NCBI RefSeq assembly: GCF_035084215.1
Contig: NC_090332.1
Coordinates: 1,922,001 to 1,986,000 of the forward strand
DNA length: 64,000 bases
Source: Heptranchias perlo
Taxonomy: Eukaryota
Reading direction: 5' to 3'
Positions 1-14,585 of the stretch are shown piece after piece. Below the pieces are notes generated by a model. It was given only the letters and a program-made list of their open reading frames with translations. It searched no databases and was not told where the DNA came from. Position numbers and translations under genes: made by a program. How positions within the stretch are numbered: the stretch's first letter is position 1; each line of letters starts with the position of its first letter.

Positions 1-3000
1 AGGGAACATGGTTCCTATAGGAGATACATTGTATGTAGGGAATATGGTTCCTATAGGAGATACAGTGTATGTAGGGAATATGGTTCCTATAGGAGATACA
101 GTGTATGTAGGGAATATGGTCCCTATAGGAGGTACAGTGTATGTAGGGAATATGGTCCCTATAGGAGATACAGTGTATGTAGGGAATATGGTCCCTATAG
201 GAGATACAGTGTATGTAGGGAACATGGTTACTATAGGAGATACAGTGTATGTAGGGAATATGGTTCCTATAGGAGATACAGTGTATGTAGGGAATATGGT
301 CCCAATAGGAGATACAGTGTATGTAGGGAATATGGTTCCTATAGGAGATACAGTGTTTGTAGGGAATATGGTCCCTATAGGAGATACAGTGTATGTAGTG
401 AACATGGTTCCTATAGGAGATACAGTGTATGCAGGGAATATGGTTCCTATAGGAGATACAGTGTATGTAGGGAATATGGTCCCTATAGGAGATACAGTGT
501 ATGCAGGGAATATGGTTCCGATAGGAGATACAGTGTATGTAGGGAATATGGTTCCTGTAGGAGATACAGTGTATGTAGGGAATATGGTCCCTATAGGAGA
601 TACAGTGTATGTAGTGAACATGGTTCCTATAGGAGATACAGTGTATGCAGGGAAAATGGTTCCTATAGGAGATACAGTGTATGTAGGGAATATGGTTCCT
701 ATAGGAGATACAGTGTATGTAGGGAATATGGTCCCTATAGGAGATACAGTGTATGCAGGGAATTTGGTCCCTATAGGAGATACAGTGTATGTAGTGAACA
801 TGGTTCCTATAGGAGATACAGTGTATGCAGGGAATATGGTCCCTATAGGAGATACAGTGTATGCAGGGAATATGGTCCCTATAGGAGATACAGTGTATGT
901 AGGGAACATGGTTCCTATAGGAGATACAGTGTATGTAGGGAATATGGTTCCTATAGGAGATACAGTGTATGTAGGGAATATGGTCCCAATAGGAGATACA
1001 GTGTATGTAGGGAATATGGTTCCTATAGGAGATACAGTGTATGTAGGGAATATGGTCCCTATAGGAGATACAGTGTATGTAGGGAATATGGTTCCTATAG
1101 GAGATACAGTGTATGTAGGGAATATGGTCCCTATAGGAGGTACAGTGTATGTAGGGAATATGGTCCCTATAGGAGATACAGTGTATGTAGGGAATATGGT
1201 CCCTATAGGAGATACAGTGTATGTAGGGAACATGGTTCCTATAGGAGATACAGTGCATGTAGGGAATATGGTTCCTATAGGAGATACAGTGTATGTAGGG
1301 AATATGGTTCCTATAGGAGATACAGTGTATGTAGGGAATATGGTCCCAATAGGAGATACAGTGTATGTAGGGAATATGGTCCCTATAGGAGATACAGTGT
1401 ATGTAGGGAATATGGTTCCTATAGGAGGGACATTGTATGTAGGGAACATGGTTCCTATAGGAGATACAGTGTATGTAGGGAATCTGGTTCCTATAGGAGA
1501 TACAGTGTATGTAGGGAATATGGTTCCTATAGGAGATACAGTGTATGTAGGGAATATGGTTCCTATAGGAGATACAGTGTATGTAGGGAATATGGTTCCT
1601 ATAGGAGATACATTGTATGTAGGGAATATGGTTCCTATAGGAGATACAGTGTATGTAGGGAATATGGTTCCTATAGGAGATACAGTGTATGTAGGGAATA
1701 TGGTTCCTATAGGAGATACAGTGTATGTAGGGAATATGGTTCCTATAGGAGATACAGTGTATGTAGGGAATATGGTTCCTATAGGAGATACAGTGTATGT
1801 AGGGAATACTGTTCCTATAGGAGATACAGTGTATGTGGGGAATGTGGTTCCTATAGGAGATACAGTGTATGTAGGGAATATGGTCCCTATAGGAGATACA
1901 GTATATGTAGTGAACATGGTTCCTATAGGAGATACAGTGTATGTAGGGAATATGGTTCCTATAGGAGATACAGTGTATGTAGGGAATATGGTTCCTGTAA
2001 GAGATACAGTGTATGTAGGGAATATGGTTCCTATAGGAGATACAGTGTATGTAGGGAATATGGTCCCTATAGGAGATACAGTGTATGTAGGGAACATGGT
2101 TCCTATAGGAGATACAGTGTATGTAGGGAATATGGTTCCTGTAAGAGATACAGTGTATGTAGGGAATATGGTTCCTATAGGAGATACAGTGTATGTAGGG
2201 AATATGGTCCCTATAGGAGATACAGTGTATGTAGGGAATATGGTCCCTATAGGAGATACAGTGTATGTAGGGAACATGGTTCCTATAGGAGATACAGTGT
2301 ATGTAGGGAATATGGTTCCTGTAAGAGATACAGTGTATGTAGGGAATATGGTTCCTATAGGAGATACAGTGTATGCAGGGAATATGGTTCCTATAGGAGA
2401 TACAGTGTATGTAGGGAATATGGTCCCTATAGGAGATACAGTGTATGTAGGGAATATGGTTCCTATAGGAGATACATTGTATGTAGGGAACATGGTTCCT
2501 TTAGGAGGTACAGTGTATGTAGGGAATATGGTTCCTATAGGAGGTACAGTGTATGTAGGGAATATGGTCCCTATAGGAGATACAGTGTATGTAGGGAATA
2601 TGGTTCCTATAGGAGATACAGTGTATGTAGGGAATATGGTTCCTATAGGAGATACAGTGTATGTAGGGAATATGGTTCCTATAGGAGATACAGTGTATGT
2701 AGGGAATATGGTTCCTATAGGAGATACAGTGTATGTAGGGAATATGGTCCCTATAGGAGATACAGTGTATGTAGGGAACATGGTTCCTATAGGAGATACA
2801 GTGTATGTAGGGAATATGGTTCCTGTAAGAGATACAGTGTATGTAGGGAATATGGTTCCTATAGGAGATACAGTGTATGCAGGGAATATGGTTCCTATAG
2901 GAGATACAGTGTATGTAGGGAATATGGTCCCTATAGGAGATACAGTGTATGTAGGGAACATGGTTCCTATAGGAGATACAGTGTATGTAGGGAATATGGT

Positions 3001-6000
3001 TCCTGTAAGAGATACAGTGTATGTAGGGAATATGGTTCCTATAGGAGATACAGTGTATGTAGGGAATATGGTCCCTATAGGAGATACAGTGTATGTAGGG
3101 AATATGGTTCCTATAGGAGATACAGTGTATGTAGGGAATATGGTTCCTATAGGAGATACAGTGTATGTAGGGAATATGGTCCCGATAGGAGATACAGTGT
3201 ATGTAGGGAACATGGTCCCTATAGGAGATACAGTGTATGTAGGGAACATGGTTCCTATAGGAGATACAGTGTATGTAGGGAACATGGTTCCTATAGGAGA
3301 TACAGTGTATGTAGGGAACATGGTTCCTATAGGAGATACATTGTATGTAGGGAATATGGTTCCTATAGGAGATACAGTGTATGTAGGGAATATGGTTCCT
3401 ATAGGAGATACAGTGTATGTAGGGAGTATGGTCCCTATAGGAGGTACAGTGTATGTAGGGAATATGGTCCCTATAGGAGATACAGTGTATGTAGGGAATA
3501 TGGTCCCTATAGGAGATACAGTGTATGTAGGGAACATGGTTCCTATAGGAGATACAGTGTATGTAGGGAATATGGTTCCTATAGGAGATACAGTGTATGT
3601 AGGGAATATGGTTCCTATAGGAGATACAGTGTATGTAGGGAATATGGTCCCAATAGGAGATACAGTGTATGTAGGGAATATGGTTCCTATAGGAGATACA
3701 GTGTATGTAGGGAATATGGTCCCTATAGGAGATACAGTGTATGTAGGGAACATGGTTCCTATAGGAGATACAGTGTATGCAGGGAATATGGTTCCTATAG
3801 GAGATACAGTGTATGTAGGGAATATGGTCCCTATAGGAGATACAGTGTATGTAGGGAATATGGTCCCTATAGGAGATACAGTGTATGCAGGGAACATGGT
3901 TCCTATAGGAGATACAGTGTATGCAGGGAATATGGTTCCTATAGGAGATACAGTGTATGCAGGGAATTTGGTCCCTATAGGAGATACAGTGTATGTAGTG
4001 AACATGGTTCCTATAGGAGATACAGTGTATGTAGGGAATATGGTTCCTATAGGAGATACAGTGTATGCAGGGAATATGGTTCCTATAGGAGATACAGTGT
4101 ATGTAGGGAATTTGGTCCCTATAGGAGATACAGTGTATGTAGTGAACATGGTTCCTATAGGAGATACAGTGTATGCAGGGAATATGGTTCCTATAGGAGA
4201 TACAGTGTATGTAGGGAATATGGTCCCTATAGGAGATACAGTGTATGCAGGGAATATGGTTCCGATAGGAGATACAGTGTATGTAGGGAATATGGTTCCT
4301 GTAGGAGATACAGTGTATGTAGGGAATATGGTCCCTATAGGAGATACAGTGTATGTAGGGAATATTTTTCCTATAGGAGATACAGTGTATGTAGGGAATA
4401 TGGTCCCTATAGGAGATACAGTGTATGTAGGGAATATTGTTCCTATAGGAGATACAGTGTATGTAGGGAATATGGTTCCGATAGGAGATACAGTGTATGT
4501 AGGGAATATTGTTCCTATAGGAGATACAGTGTATGTAGGGAATATGGTTCCTATAGGAGATACAATGTATGTAGGGAATATGGTTCCTATAGGAGATACA
4601 GTGTATGTAGGGAATATGGTTCCTATAGGAGATGCAATGTATGTAGGGAATATGGTTCCTATTGGAGATACATTGTATGTAGGGAATATGGTTCCTATAG
4701 GAGAGACAGTGTATGTAGGGAATATGGTTCCTATAGGAGATACATTGTATGTAGGGAATATGGTTCCTATAGGAGATACAGTGTATGTAGGGAATATGGT
4801 TCCTATAGGAGATACAGTGTATGTAGGGAATATGGTTCCTATAGGAGATACAATGTATGTAGGGAATATGGTTCCTATAGGAGATACATTGTATGTAGGG
4901 AATATGGTTCCTATAGGAGATACAGTGTATGTAGGGAATATGGTTCCTATAGGAGATACAGTGTATGTAGGGAATATGGTTCCTATAGGAGATACAGTGT
5001 ATGTAGGGAATATGGTTCCTATAGGAGATACAGTGTATGTAGGGAATATGGTCCCGATAGGAGATACAGTGTATGTAGGGAACATGGTCCCTATAGGAGA
5101 TACAGTGTATGTAGGGAACATGGTTCCTATAGGAGATACAGTGTATGTAGGGAACATGGTTCCTATAGGAGATACAGTGTATGTAGGGAACATGGTTCCT
5201 ATAGGAGATACATTGTATGTAGGGAATATGGTTCCTATAGGAGATACAGTGTATGTAGGGAATATGGTTCCTATAGGAGATACAGTGTATGTAGGGAATA
5301 TGGTCCCTATAGGAGGTACAGTGTATGTAGGGAATATGGTCCCTATAGGAGATACAGTGTATGTAGGGAATATGGTCCCTATAGGAGATACAGTGTATGT
5401 AGGGAACATGGTTCCTATAGGAGATACAGTGTATGTAGGGAATATGGTTCCTATAGGAGATACAGTGTATGTAGGGAATATGGTCCCAATAGGAGATACA
5501 GTGTATGTAGGGAATATGGTTCCTATAGGAGATACAGTGTTTGTAGGGAATATGGTCCCTATAGGAGATACAGTGTATGTAGTGAACATGGTTCCTATAG
5601 GAGATACAGTGTATGCAGGGAATATGGTTCCTATAGGAGATACAGTGTATGTAGGGAATATGGTCCCTATAGGAGATACAGTGTATGCAGGGAATATGGT
5701 TCCGATAGGAGATACAGTGTATGTAGGGAATATGGTTCCTGTAGGAGATACAGTGTATGTAGGGAATATGGTCCCTATAGGAGATACAGTGTATGTAGTG
5801 AACATGGTTCCTATAGGAGATACAGTGTATGCAGGGAAAATGGTTCCTATAGGAGATACAGTGTATGTAGGGAATATGGTTCCTATAGGAGATACAGTGT
5901 ATGTAGGGAATATGGTCCCTATAGGAGATACAGTGTATGCAGGGAATTTGGTCCCTATAGGAGATACAGTGTATGTAGTGAACATGGTTCCTATAGGAGA

Positions 6001-8907
6001 TACAGTGTATGCAGGGAATATGGTCCCTATAGGAGATACAGTGTATGCAGGGAATATGGTCCCTATAGGAGATACAGTGTATGTAGGGAACATGGTTCCT
6101 ATAGGAGATACAGTGTATGTAGGGAATATGGTTCCTATAGGAGATACAGTGTATGTAGGGAATATGGTCCCAATAGGAGATACAGTGTATGTAGGGAATA
6201 TGGTTCCTATAGGAGATACAGTGTATGTAGGGAATATGGTCCCTATAGGAGATACAGTGTATGTAGTGAACATGGTTCCTATAGGAGATACAGTGTATGC
6301 AGGGAATATGGTTCCTATAGGAGATACAGTGTATGTAGGGAATATGGTCCCTATAGGAGATACAGTGTATGCAGGGAATATGGTTCCGATAGGAGATACA
6401 GTGTATGTAGGGAATATGGTTCCTGTAGGAGATACAGTGTATGTAGGGAATATGGTCCCTATAGGAGATACAGTGTATGTAGTGAACATGGTTCCTATAG
6501 GAGATACAGTGTATGCAGGGAAAATGGTTCCTATAGGAGATACAGTGTATGTAGGGAATATGGTTCCTATAGGAGATACAGTGTATGTAGGGAATATGGT
6601 CCCTATAGGAGATACAGTGTATGCAGGGCATTTGGTCCCTATAGGAGATACAGTGTATGTAGTGAACATGGTTCCTATAGGAGATACAGTGTATGCAGGG
6701 AATATGGTTCCTATAGGAGATACAGTGTCTGTAGGGAATTTGGTCCCTATAGGAGATACAGTGTATGTAGTGAACATGGTTCCTATAGGAGATACAGTGT
6801 ATGCAGGGAATATGGTTCCTATAGGAGATACAGTGTATGTAGGGAATATGGTCCCTATAGGAGATACAGTGTATGCAGGGAATATGGTTCCGATAGGAGA
6901 TACAGTGTATGTAGGGAATATGGTTCCTGTAGGAGATACAGTGTATGTAGGGAATATGGTCCCTATAGGAGATACAGTGTATGTAGGGAATATTTTTCCT
7001 TTAGGAGATACAGTGTATGTAGGGAATATGGTCCCTATAGGAGATACAGTGTATGTCGGGAATATTGTTCCTATAGGAGATACAGTGTATGTAGGGAATA
7101 TGGTTCCGATAGGAGATACAGTGTATGTAGGGAATATTGTTCCTATAGGAGATACAGTGTATGTAGGGAATATGGTTCCTGTAGGAGATACAGTGTATGT
7201 AGGGAATATGGTTCCTATAGGAGATACAGTGTATGTAGGGAATATGGTTCCTATAGGAGATACAATGTATGTAGGGAATATGGTTCCTATAGGAGATACA
7301 TTGTATGTAGGGAATATGGTTCCTATAGGAGATACAGTGTATGTAGGGAATATGGTTCCTATAGGAGATACAGTGTATGTAGGGAATATGGTTCCTATAG
7401 GAGATACAATGTATGTAGGGAATATGGTTCCTATAGGAGATACAGTGTATGTAGGGAACATGGTTCCTATAGGAGATACATTGTGTGTAGGGAATATGGT
7501 TCCTATAGGAGATACAGTGTATGTAGGGAATATGGTTCCTATAGGAGATACAATGTATGTAGGGAATATGGTTCCTATAGGAGATACAGTGTATGTAGGG
7601 AATATGGTCCCTATAGGAGATACAGTGTATGTAGGGTACATGGTTCCTATAGGAGATACAGTGTATGCAGGGAACATGGTTCCTATAGGAGATACAGTGT
7701 ATGTAGGGAATATGGTTCCTATAGGAGATACAGTGTATGTAGGGAACATGGTTCCTATAGGAGATACAGTGTATGTAGGGAATATGGTCCCTATAGGAGA
7801 TACAGTGTATGTAGGGAATATGGTTCCTATAGGAGATACATTGTATGTGGGGAATATGGTTCCTATAGGAGATACAGTGTATGTAGGGAACATGGTTCCT
7901 ATAGGAGATACAGTGTATGTAGGGAATACTGTTCCTATAGGAGATACAGTGTATGTAGGGAATATGGTTCCTATAGGAGATACAGTGTATGTAGGGAATA
8001 TGGTTCCTATAGGAGATACAGTGTATGTAGGGAATACTGTTCCTATAGGAGATACAGTGTATGTAGGGAATATGGTTCCTATATGAGATACAGTGTATGT
8101 AGGGAATATGGTTCCTATAGGAGATACATTGTATGTGGGGAATATGGTTCCTATAGGAGATACAGTGTATGTAGGGAATATGGTTCCTATAGGAGATACA
8201 TTGTATGTGGGGAATATGGTTCCTATAGGAGATACAGTGTATGTAGGGAACATGGTTCCTATAGGAGATACAGTGTATGTAGGGAATACTGTTCCTATAG
8301 GAGATACAGTGTATGTAGGGAATATGGTTCCTATAGGAGATACAGTGTATGTAGGGAATATGGTTCCTATAGGAGATACAGTGTATGTAGGGAACATGGT
8401 TCCTATAGGAGATACAGTGTATGTAGGGAATACTGTTCCTATAGGAGATACAGTGTATGTAGGGAATATGGTTCCTATAGGAGATACAGTGTATGTAGGG
8501 AATATGGTTCCTATAGGAGATACAGTGTATGTAGGGAACATGGTTCCTATAGGAGATACAGTGTATGTAGGGAATACTGTTCCTATAGGAGATACAGTGT
8601 ATGTAGGGAATATGGTTCCTATAGGAGATACAGTGTATGTAGGGAATATGGTTCCTATAGGAGATACAGTGTATGTTTGGAACATGGTTCCTATAGGAGG
8701 TACAGTGTATGTAGGGAATATGGTCCCTATAGGAGATACAGTGTATGTGGGGAATATGGTCCCTATAGGAGATACAGTGTATGTAGGGAATATGGTTCCT
8801 ATAGGAGATACATTGTATGTAGGGAATATGATTCCTATAGGAGGTACAGTGTATGTAGGGAATATGGTTCCTATACGAGATACAGTGTATGTCGCGAATA
8901 TGGTTCA
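1..8907. repeat. 36-bp minisatellite array (ATGGTTCCTATAGGAGATACAGTGTATGTAGGGAAT)n, ~247 units, runs off the window start
   Basis: Direct 36-bp periodicity; substitution variants only; explains the 12-aa periodic ORFs on both strands. Confidence 0.98.
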
Positions 8908-9169
8908 TTCTGCTTCAGAAACCCTGTGTAGTGATTAACTGTAATTGCAACATGGCAGGTGAAACTCATACTCTTGTATTTTGCTCACCGGTGACTAACT
9001 ATAACTAGGAATAAGCAGTTGAAGGAGTTCACAAACTTAAGTACAGATGTCGGAGGCCATTTGGCCCACCTTGCTCATTATCCCATGGAACCCTGAAATC
9101 CCAATCAAAGTATCTGGCTGCCTCTTGAATGGCTCCAGATTGGGTGCTGGGTGCCCGTATCCTATCTCC

Positions 9170-9624
9170 TAGCCCACATTTAGTCCCATTTGCCCATCAT
9201 CCCAGTGCTCGCTCACCTACATTGGCTCCAGGTCCCAAATTTAATATTCTCAGCCTTGTGTTTAAATCCCTCCACAGCCCCGCCCTCCCTCTCTCTGAAG
9301 CCGCCTCCAGTGCTGCATCCGCCCCCCCCAAAATTCTCCGTTCCTCTGGCACTGATCTCGTGCATCCCCTCCGCCTCTCCTTTTGCCCAACCATTAGTGG
9401 TCTTGCCTTCAGCAACCTAAGTCCCATTCTCTGGAATTTCCTCTCTAAATGTTCCACCTTCCTCTCCTTCCTCTAAGACTCTCCTTAAAACCTATCTCTT
9501 TGACCAAACTGATGGCCACCCCTCCTAATATCTCCTTCCACACCTCGACAGCCACTTTTCCCCTTATGCCTCCGTGATGTACCTTTGGGCATTTTTCCAT
9601 GTTAAAAGTGTTTCTATAAATGCG
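9170..9624 (+). mobile_element. Old L2-type LINE 3' end remnant
   Basis: Degenerate I.PVLA.LHWL...F.IL.LVFK.LH ORF2 C-terminal motif, then CTCCTTAAAACCTATCTCTTTGACCAA and a CTATAAATGC tail; homologous to 17120-17600 and 40960-41262. Confidence 0.65.
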
Positions 9625-12600
9625 GATACAAGGTGTTCAGGAAAGATAGGGAAGGAAAGAAAGGACAGGGTTGGCAGTATTGATTAAGGAGAATATTGCA
9701 GTGCTGGAGAGAGAGGATATCCTGGAGGGGTCAAGGACAGAATCGATTTGGTTAGAGTTAAGAAACAATCGAGGTGCCATTACACTACTGGGTGTATTCT
9801 ACAGGCCACCAACTAGTGAGAAGGATATAGAGGAGCAAATTTGCAGGGAAATGAGGGAGGTGGAAAAGCCATAGATTAGTGATAACAGGGGACTTCAACT
9901 ATCCTAATATAGACTGGTATTGTAATAATATAAGGGGTGAAGACGGGGAGGAATTTTTGAAGTGTGTTCAGGAGAACTTTCTTGACAAATACATTTCGGG
10001 CCCAACGAGGAAGGAGGCATTGCTGGACTTGGTTTTGGGGAATGAGGCGGGCCAAGTTGCGCAGGTGTCAATGGGGAAACATTTAGAGAACAGTGATCAT
10101 AGTATCATAAGGTTTAGAATAGCAATGGAAAAGTAGATGGACCACTCTAAAGTAAAAATACTCATTGGAGGAGGGCCAATTTCAGAGGGGTTGTGAACAC
10201 ATCTGGCCCGGGTAAATTGGAATCAAAGATTGGCAGGCAAAACTGCAATTGAACAATGGGCCTTTAAAGAGGAGATGGATCGGGTACAGTCTAGGTACAT
10301 TCCCACGAGGGGGAAAGGTAGGGCAACTAAAGCCAGAGCTCCCTGGATGACAAAAGAGATAGAGAGTAAGATGAAGCAGAAAAAAGGGGCGTATGACAGA
10401 TATCAAGTTGATAAAACAAGTGAGAACCAGGCTGAATATAGAAAGTACAGAGGGGAAGTGAAAAAGGAAATAAGAGGGGCAAAGAGAGAGTATGAGAATA
10501 GACTGGCCGCAAACATAAAAGGGACATCCTAGACATGTAAATAGTAAACGGGTAGTAAGAGGAGGGATGGGGTCGATTAGGGACCATAAAGGAGATTTAC
10601 TCATCGAGGCAGAGGGCATGGCCGAGGTACTAAATGAGTACTTTGTTTCTGTCTTTGCCAAGGAAGAAGATGCTGGCAGAGTATAATCTTCCAATCATCC
10701 TTCGATACAGGGGTGGTGCCAGAGGACTGGAGAATTCAAATGTTATACTCTTGTTCAAAAGAGGGTGTAAGGATAAACCCAGCAATTACAGGCCAGTCAG
10801 TTTAACTTCAGTGGTGGGAGATCTTTTAGAAACTATAATCCGGGACAGAATTAGCAGTCACTCGGATGAGTGTGGATTGATCAGGGAAAGCCAACACGGA
10901 TTTGTTAAAGGCAAGTCATGTTTAACTAACTTGATAGAGTTTTTTGATGAGGTAACAGAGAGGGTAGATGAGGGCAATATGGTTGATATGGCGTATATGG
11001 ACTTTCAAAAGACGTTTGATAAAGTGCTGCATAATAGGCTTATCATCAAGATTCAAGCCCATGGAATAAAAGGGGCAGTGGCAATATGGATACAGAATTG
11101 GCTAAGTAACAGGAAACAGAGAGTAGTGGTGAACGGTTGTTTTTTGGACTGGAGGGAGGTGTACAGTGGTGTTCCCCAGGGGGTCAGTGCTGGAACCATG
11201 GCTTTTCTTGATATATATTAATGACTTGGACTTGGATGTACAGGGCACAATTTCCAAATTTGCAGATGACACAAAACTTAGAAGGGTAGTGAACAGTGAG
11301 AACGATAGTGATGGACTTCAAGAGGATATAGAGAGGCTGGTGGCATGGGCGGACATGTGGCAGATGAAATTTAATGCAGAAAAATGCGAGTGGTTGTGGT
11401 TGATGTGGTGTATATGGACTCTCAAAAGTCATTTGATAAAGTGCTGCATAATAGGCTTATCATCAAGATTCAAGCCCATGAAATTAAAGGGGAAATAAAT
11501 AGTGATGTCTTGAGGAGTGTACATATTACAGAGAGGGAGGTGCTGGAAGTCTTAACGCGCATCAAGGTAGATAAATCTCCGGGACCTGATGAAATGTATC
11601 CCAGGATGTTATAGGAGGTTAGGGAGGAAATTGCGGGTCCCCTAGCAGAGATATTTGAATCATTGACAGCTACAGGTGAGGTGCCTGAAGATTGTGCCTT
11701 TGTTGTGTAAATGTTGTGCCTTTGTTTAAGAAGGGCGGCAGGGAAAAGCCTGGGAACTACAGACCGGTGAGCCTGACATCTGTAGTGGGTAAGTTGTTAG
11801 AGGGTATTCTGAGGGACAGGATCTACAGGCATTTGGAGAGGCAGGGACTAATTAGGAACAGTCAGCATGGTTTTGTGAGAGGAAAATCATGTCTCACAAA
11901 TTTGATTGAGTTTTTTGAAGGGGTAATCAAGAAGATAGATGAGGGCTGTGCAGTGGACGTGGTCTACATGGACTTCAGCAAAGCCTTTGACAAGGTACCG
12001 CATGGTAGGTTGTTACATAAGGTTAAATCTCATGGGATCCAAGGTGAGGTAGCCAATTGGATACAAAATTGGCTTGACGACAGAAGACAGAGGGTGGTTG
12101 TCGAGGGTTGTTTTTCAAACTGGATGCCTGTGTCCAGCGGTGTGCCTCAGGGATCGGTGCTGGGTCCGCTGTTATTTGTTATTTATATTAATGATTTGGA
12201 TGAGAATTTAGGAGGCATGGTTAGTAAGTTTGCAGATGACACCAAGATTGGTGGCATTGTGGACAGTGAAGAAGGTTATCTAGGATTGCAACGGGATCTT
12301 GATAAATTGGGCCAGTGGGCCGATGAATGGCAGATGGAGTTTAATTTAGATAAATGTGAGGTGATGCATTTTGGTAGATCGAATCGGGCCAGGACCTACT
12401 CCGTTAATGGTAGGGCGTTGGGGAGAGTTATAGAACAAGGAGATCTGGGAGTACAGGTTCATAGCTCCTTGAAAGTGGAGTCACAGGTGGATAGGGTGGT
12501 GAAGAAGGCATTCGGCATGCTTGGTTTCATTGGTCAGAACATCGAATGCAGGAGTTGGGATGTCTTGTTGAAGTTGTACAGGGCATTGGTGAGGCCACAC

Positions 12601-14207
12601 TTGGAGTACTGTGTACAGTTCTGGTCACCCTATTATAGAAAGGATATTATTAAACTAGAAAGAGTGCAGAAAAGATTTACTAGGATGCTACCGGGACTTG
12701 ATGGTTTGACTTATAGGGAGAGGTTAGACAGACTGGGACTTTTTTCCCTGGAGAGTAGGAGGTTTAGGGGTGATCTTATAGAAGTCTATAAAATAATGAG
12801 GAGCATAGATAAGGTAGATAGTCAAAATCTTTTCCCAAAGGTAGGGGAGTCTATAACGCGAGGGCATAGATTTAAGGTGAGAGGGGAGAGATACAAAAGA
12901 GTCCAGAGGGGCAATTTTTTCACTCAAAGGGTGGTGAGTGTCTGGAACGAGCTGCCAGAGGCAGTAGTAGAGGCGGGTACAATTTTGTCTTTTAAAAAGC
13001 ATTTGGACAGTTACATGGGTAAGATGGGTATAGAGGGATATGGGCCAAGTGCAGGAAATTGGGACTAGCTTAGTGGTATAAACTGGGCGACATGGACGTG
13101 TTGGGCCGAAGGGCCTGTTTCCATGTTGTAACTTCTATGATTCTATGATTCTAGTAGCATGGATACAGAATTGGCTAAGTAACAGGAAACAGAGAGTAGT
13201 GGTGAATGGTTGTTTTTCGGACTGGAGGGAGGTGTACAGTGGTATTCCCCAGGGGTCAGTGCTGGGACCACTGCTTTTCTTGATATATATTAATGACTTG
13301 GACTTGGGTGTACAGGGCACAATTTCCAAATTTGCAGATGACACAAAACTTGGAAGTGTAGTGAACAGTGAGAACGATAGTGATGGACTTCAAGAGGATA
13401 TCGAGAGGCTGGTGGAATGGGCGGACACGTGGCAGAATGGTCGGAAGAACGAGGAGAGGCAATGTAAACTAAAGGGCAGAATTCTAAGAGGGGTACAGGA
13501 ACAGAGAGATCTGGGGGTATATGAGCACAAATCATTGAAGGTGGCAGGGCAGGTTGAGAAAGTGGTTAATAAAGCATACGGGATCCTGGGCTTTATAAAT
13601 AGAGGCATAGAGTACAAGAGTATGGAAGTCATGATGAACCTTTGTAAAACACTGATTTGGCCACTGCTGGAGTATTGTGTCCAATTCTGGGCACCGCACT
13701 TTAGGAAGGATGTGAAGGCCTTAGAGAGGGTGCAGAAGATTTACTGGAATGATTCCAGGGATGAGGAGCTTTAGTTCCGTGGATAGACTGGAGAAGCTGG
13801 GGTTGTTGTCCTTGGAACAGAGAAGGTTGAAAGGAGATTTGATCGGGGTATTCAAAATCATGAAGGGTCTCGACAGAGTAGATAGAGATAAACTCTTCCC
13901 ATTGGTGGAAGGGTCAAGAACCAGAGGACATAGTTTCAAGGTGATTGGCAAAAGAACCAAAGGTGACTTGAGGAAAACTTTTTTACACAGCGAGTGGTTA
14001 GGATCTGGAATGCACTGCCCGAGGGGGTGGTGGAGGCAGATTCAATCATGGCCTTCAAAAGGGAACTGGAAAAAAATTTGCAGGGCTGCTGGGAAAGGGC
14101 GGGGGAGTGGGACTAGCTGGATTGCTTTCGCATAGAGCCGGCGCAGCCTCGATGGGCCAAATGGCCTCTTTTCATGCTGTAACCTTTCTATGATTGTATT
14201 ATTCTAT
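9625..14207 (+). mobile_element. Decayed CR1 LINE (APE + RT fragments, 3' tail) with an internal duplication of the RT segment, interrupted by a younger CR1 at 11493-13152
   Basis: YRPP, GDFN, SDH, NYRPVSLTS, PQGSVLGP and FADDTK motifs spread over frameshifted ORFs; tail ...TTCTATGATTGTATT; sequence resumes at 13153 where it was interrupted. Confidence 0.9.
11493..13152 (+). mobile_element. 5'-truncated CR1 LINE with open RT domain (ORF 11692-13068), nested in an older CR1
   Basis: 458-aa RT ORF (GVPQGSVLGPLLF, SKFADDTK); 3' (TTCTATGA)n tail ending ~13152. Confidence 0.93.
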
Positions 14208-14408
14208 AAGTCGTTACAGATCTTTTCCTTCTCTGTGTTGAGAGGGAAAGGGTTCAGGCTCATTCTCCTCTGCTGTTTCCAAGCTGTTTACATAAAGATT
14301 TTGTTTTGTACTTAAACATCATCAGTTCCAATTACGCTGCTTCTTGGGTTGATAAATAAATCTGCGGGTAGCGTGCTGGGTTCAACCGGGGAAAGCCATT
14401 GCGTTGTT

Positions 14409-14419
14409 ACTTCCTCATT
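14409..14419 (-). promoter_or_regulatory. Candidate ETS/PU.1-type site ~115 bp upstream of the Ig-receptor ATG
   Basis: AATGAGGAAGT on the - strand, close to the PU.1 consensus AAAGAGGAAGT; motif match only. Confidence 0.3.
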
Positions 14420-14533
14420 CAGTACCAAATAAGGATTCTAAACAAAGGAACAGGGAAATTGAGAAAGGTTCAGTTAACTCTGCCACATTCTTTATCCAAT
14501 TACAAATCACTCACCAAAGCATTTGGAATCAAA

Positions 14534-14585
14534 ATGATTCTCAGAGCACCCGTTTCAGTCACTCTGATCTTCTGCTTTGTTGCTG
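14534..14585 (+). CDS. Ig-superfamily VJ-VJ inhibitory receptor, exon 1 (signal peptide MILRAPVSVTLIFCFVAG)
   Basis: AAAATG start, hydrophobic leader, phase-1 donor G|GTGAGT typical of Ig leader exons; phase matches the V1 exon. Confidence 0.8.

Noticed and set aside
1-8907. CRISPR-like array (36-bp palindromic repeat)
   Set aside because: Repeats are head-to-tail with no unique spacers, no cas genes, and the context is vertebrate
8-8938. 2692-aa and other giant periodic ORFs (MVPIGDTVYVGN)n
   Set aside because: The unit length is a multiple of 3 and several frames on both strands are open at once; no unique domain or splice context, so a satellite artefact
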